From Candidatus Bathyarchaeota archaeon (GTDB taxonomy: Archaea; Thermoproteota; Bathyarchaeia; Bathyarchaeales; Bathycorpusculaceae): DNA of 64,000 nucleotides. The DNA lies in contig CAWHVC010000003.1 of the NCBI GenBank assembly GCA_963832745.1, positions 288,001 to 352,000 of the forward strand, in the 5' to 3' direction. Below the pieces are notes generated by a model. That model made no database searches, was not told the origin of the DNA, and saw nothing but the letters and a program-made list of their open reading frames with translations. Position numbers and translations under genes: made by a program. Below, piece by piece: positions 59,752 through 64,000 of the stretch. Numbering within the stretch: the stretch's first letter is position 1; each line of letters opens with the position of its first letter.

Positions 59752-62049
59752 TTAGGGATTGTTTACTCTAAAGATGGCATAGCGACTGTTTGAGTAAACA
59801 AGTTCCAAAATGCTGCTTCGAACAAGTTTGGGGTCTAACTGGTTCTTATCGTAAACAAGGAAGCTGACATTGTTTTCTTTAATGAAGTCGATGTAGTCTC
59901 TGCTGGCAACAGTAAAGTACCATGCAGGCGATTCATTGAACAGGTCTTTTAGTTGATCTGGTTGCACATTTTGGTAGTAGCTGCCTTCAGAGAAAGTTAG
60001 GGTTTGGAAAGAGAAGGACGCTGTGTTGCCGGGGCTGATTTGGTCAAAGTTGTAGCTGAGTCGGATTGCATCGATTTGCATGCTAGCTAAGGCGCCTATG
60101 TCGCCCCAGTCCGGCGGGTCTTGGAATTTCATGGCGTAGTAAACTTGGTTCTGCTCATCATGCAATGCCAAGTAATTGTCGGTTATGTTATTTTTAGAGA
60201 AGTCAGTTACTGCCCAGTCTGTTCCGCTGGAGGCTGATGGATTAGCCCAAGGGCTTTCCCAGTTAAGCAAACCGGGCAGGTAGGCCTTGTCAAAGTTGAA
60301 GTATAAGTCAAAAAACGTTGTTAGGTACAGTGTGACGTTGCTGATTTGGCTATTTACTGGTGTGATGTCCCAAGTAACTTGAGTCGGATAAGAACTGTTT
60401 CGGATTAATTGTGTTTGGGTTACAGAAACATCATGATTTACATAGACAATTGTTAAAGTTTTTTGTGCGGTTTGGCTGCTGTCAAGTGTATAGTTTCGGG
60501 TCATCTGGTTTAATTCCACTTTCTTGTTTAAGTCGCCAACATTGTAGGATATGTAGTCGCCTGCTGTGGAACTAAAAGTGTCACGTTGCCAAACATTGTT
60601 AATAGAAACATAGTTTTCGCTTGAAATGTCCCCTTTAGCCTCGTAAGCCCGAATAAGCGTAAGAGGGGTTTCTATCTCGTAAGACAAGTCCAATATTGAC
60701 TCTGAGACCACGTTTCTCTCAACAATCGGATCAGTCGCAGCTATCACTGTTTTGTCACAAAACGCGCTAAACCAGAAACCAGGCACATATGTAGCAACCA
60801 CAGTGGCGGGTTCAGGGTAATTAGTTTTAAGCCATTGACCAGCCTGCAAAGCCATCGGGTCAGATGTTGAATAATATGATGCGGCGCCAGCAATTCTTGT
60901 GTTCAACACGTCCCCACGCATCACAAGGGCAACACAAAACAGGGCTATTACACCAACAACTATGGCTTTAACATAAACCCGTTTTATGGTTGCCTTGTGC
61001 ATCTTGTAGTAGTTTAAGGATTTGTCTGCGGCAAAAAACAGGAAAACCGCCGCAAAAATCGTCATAGGCGGCATCATGTAGTATACAAACCATTGGAAAG
61101 GCAAGTATAAGCCGAAAATGTAAGATTCCGCCAAAATGAAGGGTATAATGAAGCTAAGCAGCAAGGTTAAGTTACTTACGTGTTTCTTTTCAAGCCACAA
61201 CTTGTAAGCAGCCACGAACACGCCTGCAACACCCAGGATTAGGACGAAGCCAAAGTTTGACCAGAAAGCAGACAGGGTTGTTTGCGGAATCTGGTACGCC
61301 ATGGCTTTTTGCGCAAAGAACACGTGTTCAATTAAGCCGCCAAGATAGGGCAGCATTGCTCTAACGTAGTAAAGGAAGAATGCGATTCCGCCGCCAACTA
61401 TTATGAAAATCAAGGCTTTGATGCCTTTTCCTCGAGATTTTATGATTAGAAACAGCATAACAGGTACCAAAATTAAAACAGCCACAAACGTTGTTAGTTG
61501 ATGGGACAGTACCAACGCGAAGGCTGAAACGCCGGCGACTATCATGTAACTTTTATGCTCAACTGAGAGGGGCAAATACAAGAACAGCAATAACATAAAG
61601 GCGATACCTAGAACGCTTGTGTAGCCACCCCACATATTGATTTCAAACATTGGAAAACATAGCAGCAGCAAAGCAGCGGCAACTGCACCGGTTTTCTTGT
61701 TAAAGAAACGTGCACCGATAAGGTACACGCTAAAAACCAGCAGCCAGTTGATTACTATTGCCGATATTTTTACGAGAAGAATCAGTTGGTCAATGTTTGT
61801 GGCACCTGTAAATGTGATGAGAAACGCTAGCAAGATTTGGTAAAGTGGAGGTGTCCAGCCCAAGTTGCCTAAAGAGATGTGTCCAGTGCCAAGGAACTCT
61901 TGTGCACGTTCCAAATGTACTGAGCCGTCGTTTCCAAGCACGAGCCCATTCATAGAGATGAGGCTGTAGAATAGTATGAGGATAAAGATGGAAAAGCCTG
62001 TTAAAAACGCAAACTCTATCAGCTTGTTTTTTGAAAGCTTCAATATCAA
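59752..62049 (-). CDS. GT-C fold membrane glycosyltransferase-like protein
   Basis: GND...H, WTPP.Y, WGGY, SHQ, about 12 TM helices, then W..NYP..A.V...PGFW extracytoplasmic domain. Confidence 0.7.
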   Translation of the reverse strand: MILKLSKNKLIEFAFLTGFSIFILILFYSLISMNGLVLGNDGSVHLERAQEFLGTGHISLGNLGWTPPLYQILLAFLITFTGATNIDQLILLVKISAIVINWLLVFSVYLIGARFFNKKTGAVAAALLLLCFPMFEINMWGGYTSVLGIAFMLLLFLYLPLSVEHKSYMIVAGVSAFALVLSHQLTTFVAVLILVPVMLFLIIKSRGKGIKALIFIIVGGGIAFFLYYVRAMLPYLGGLIEHVFFAQKAMAYQIPQTTLSAFWSNFGFVLILGVAGVFVAAYKLWLEKKHVSNLTLLLSFIIPFILAESYIFGLYLPFQWFVYYMMPPMTIFAAVFLFFAADKSLNYYKMHKATIKRVYVKAIVVGVIALFCVALVMRGDVLNTRIAGAASYYSTSDPMALQAGQWLKTNYPEPATVVATYVPGFWFSAFCDKTVIAATDPIVERNVVSESILDLSYEIETPLTLIRAYEAKGDISSENYVSINNVWQRDTFSSTAGDYISYNVGDLNKKVELNQMTRNYTLDSSQTAQKTLTIVYVNHDVSVTQTQLIRNSSYPTQVTWDITPVNSQISNVTLYLTTFFDLYFNFDKAYLPGLLNWESPWANPSASSGTDWAVTDFSKNNITDNYLALHDEQNQVYYAMKFQDPPDWGDIGALASMQIDAIRLSYNFDQISPGNTASFSFQTLTFSEGSYYQNVQPDQLKDLFNESPAWYFTVASRDYIDFIKENNVSFLVYDKNQLDPKLVRSSILELVYSNSRYAIFRVNNP

Positions 62050-62082
62050 ACGATAGGCTTCCCTTTTTTTAGGTTCTTACAG

Positions 62083-64000
62083 CTATTTTTTTACTTCAAA
62101 TATGGCAACTTCATTGTTAATAAATACAAGGTTAAACATGGGGTCATTTGCAAATTTGAGTTTCATTTCAGCTTGAGAACTTGTTTCGTAATATTGGGGA
62201 ATAACAATGTAGTCTAGGTTGTTGATTTTTAGTTCAGCGTGGTAATTGAATGGAGTTGGAAGCGGCAAATTGCTTGGTGTTTCTGGTTCAAGATTCAAAT
62301 CGATTTGCTTGTTGAAAAAGTCGTTGAAATCTTCAACGTTACTATATAAAGATAGATTATCAGTGACTGAATAAGTGGTTACAGACATCTGGATTTCGGC
62401 GTCATGTTTACTTTCCAAATTGTAATCCAAGTAGACTTCGGTTGAGCCTAATTTGGGGTTTGGTTTGGAGTTTATGTCGGGAAGGTTTTGATTAAATATT
62501 ATTTGTCCAAAAGCTTTCACGCCTTCAGCTATAAACCCGATTGTGTTAGGTCTTGCAGGTTCTATTGGCATGGCGCTAGCTTCCAAAGTTGATTGCAGCC
62601 ATGTTAAAGAAACGTTTTCTGAAGTTGCCTCAATTGCAGTTGTCATGTTAACAAACTTAGAGCCCCGATGAACTGTCGTTAATTGGGTGTAAGTGAAATA
62701 TTCGTTACCCCTAGTAATTGAAACTGTAATGTGCTGAGTATCATTTTCCATATACATTTCTTTAACAGGTAACTTATCTAATGTAATTGACTGCGGGATA
62801 CCGTTCACTTCAAACCTGATTTTTGTTTGGTTACTGTTAAAGTTGAAGAACGAATACGGAAAATAGGTCCAGTTTAGTTTAGTCAAGATTTCAGGGTTAT
62901 GCCTTGCAAGGTACCCTCCATCTTCTCTGACTTGAACACCAAGAACGTCGTTTGATAACTTGAATGAGTTTTCAAACAGATAATCGGTGTCAAGTAGGTT
63001 AGTTGCTACTTGTGCAATGTGAAATTCACGTGACAAAGACAAAAACTGTGGATCAACTGCGCTCCATGTGGGTCTATGCGCAAACCCTGCAAACCACCAA
63101 CCATAATACGCTTCAGTAACAAATGTTGAATTTGACGGCGTATTAGCTTTAGCCCAATCCATAGCCTCATAAAGCGACGGACTCATTCGTTGATAAAACT
63201 CTTGAGTCCCTAAGCCTTCGGCGGGAGTCATAAAAATTGGTATGAAGAAGAAACAAACCAGCAAGAAACCAATAAGAAAACCCGAATAAAGGTGAGGTCT
63301 TGTAAGGTTTTTGCTGATTTTGGTCGAAAGCTTATCCAGACGTTTGTGAGTTACCTGTTTGGCTTCTTTGACGCCGCTGTTTAGTTGGCTTGTTAATGTG
63401 CGGTAGGTATCTATTATTCTGGCAAAGAAACCTGAACCGTGGTCAATGAAAAGTCCAATTAGAATAAAAACAGGAATTATTACGAAGTACAGAAAACGGT
63501 TGTAATCAGTGTATTGGCCAACAAGATAACCCTGAGTGAAAACTACAGGAACAAGTATCCATAACGCCAACAAAACGGTTGGAACCGTAAAGTAACGCTT
63601 ATGGTACTTTTTGGACAAGAAGAAATAAAGGCCTACAATGGCAAACAGCGGCAAAATGATTTCCAAGGGCAAAATTCTTGTTGATGCTGTTGCTTGATTA
63701 ATTTCTGCAGTTGTCTGGTTAGTTAGGTATGCTGGCACGATTTGTATTAGGTAGGGCGATACGATAATTGCGCCAAAGATTACTGGCAGCAACCAGCTTA
63801 ATGCGTCCAGTCGAGTGGTGCCAATTTTTTGGCCGAAAACTACACCAAAGAAGATTACGGAGAGCAGTATGCTAACAAAAACAAAGCTGCTTAGCGAATG
63901 AGCCAAAAATGTTGAGCCAACCAGAAGTGAAGTTGAAACGTAAAAAGGAAACTTTGTGAAACGGTTTTTTTGAATGTACAAATAGAATGTTACAGGTATA
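62083..64000 (-). CDS. GT-C fold membrane glycosyltransferase-like protein, paralog of 59752-62049 (5' end outside the window)
   Basis: AHSLS, RFLYF, AMDWAKANTP..STFVT..YYGWW, same C-terminal LVF.N....IF.V ending. Confidence 0.7.
   Translation of the reverse strand, partial: IPVTFYLYIQKNRFTKFPFYVSTSLLVGSTFLAHSLSSFVFVSILLSVIFFGVVFGQKIGTTRLDALSWLLPVIFGAIIVSPYLIQIVPAYLTNQTTAEINQATASTRILPLEIILPLFAIVGLYFFLSKKYHKRYFTVPTVLLALWILVPVVFTQGYLVGQYTDYNRFLYFVIIPVFILIGLFIDHGSGFFARIIDTYRTLTSQLNSGVKEAKQVTHKRLDKLSTKISKNLTRPHLYSGFLIGFLLVCFFFIPIFMTPAEGLGTQEFYQRMSPSLYEAMDWAKANTPSNSTFVTEAYYGWWFAGFAHRPTWSAVDPQFLSLSREFHIAQVATNLLDTDYLFENSFKLSNDVLGVQVREDGGYLARHNPEILTKLNWTYFPYSFFNFNSNQTKIRFEVNGIPQSITLDKLPVKEMYMENDTQHITVSITRGNEYFTYTQLTTVHRGSKFVNMTTAIEATSENVSLTWLQSTLEASAMPIEPARPNTIGFIAEGVKAFGQIIFNQNLPDINSKPNPKLGSTEVYLDYNLESKHDAEIQMSVTTYSVTDNLSLYSNVEDFNDFFNKQIDLNLEPETPSNLPLPTPFNYHAELKINNLDYIVIPQYYETSSQAEMKLKFANDPMFNLVFINNEVAIFEVKK

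Overview
Archaeal chromosomal segment. The gene content (Alba, aRF1, GPN-loop GTPase, eukaryote-like topoisomerase IB, Ftr, PurS/L/Q/M, a PQQ-type beta-propeller surface protein, PEF-type C-terminal sorting signals) fits Bathyarchaeia best; that taxonomy is inference. The window holds about 60 protein genes or fragments and two tRNAs, Ala(TGC) and Gly(CCC). Housekeeping blocks alternate with accessory patches at about 8.4-11.2 kb, 15.6-19.2 kb, 39.1-43.3 kb (inside the pur cluster) and 45.2-49.2 kb. Several conserved genes carry single-base indels that look like long-read consensus errors. The main unexplained signals are four. (1) A 150-280 bp non-coding element occurs three times in the same orientation, built from helically phased CCTA(T)TAGG quasi-palindromes ending in a G-string. 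(2) A head-to-head pair of paralogous ribbon-helix-helix genes flanks a 10-bp-phased GTnAC array, next to a vapBC pair and a decayed tRNA att site. (3) A divergent cassette of a NosD-like beta-helix gene and a clan CD protease-like surface protein gene occurs twice. (4) A stand-alone RnfD/RnfC pair whose RnfD appears to lack the FMN-threonine motif. All alignments were made by eye; no database searches were run.
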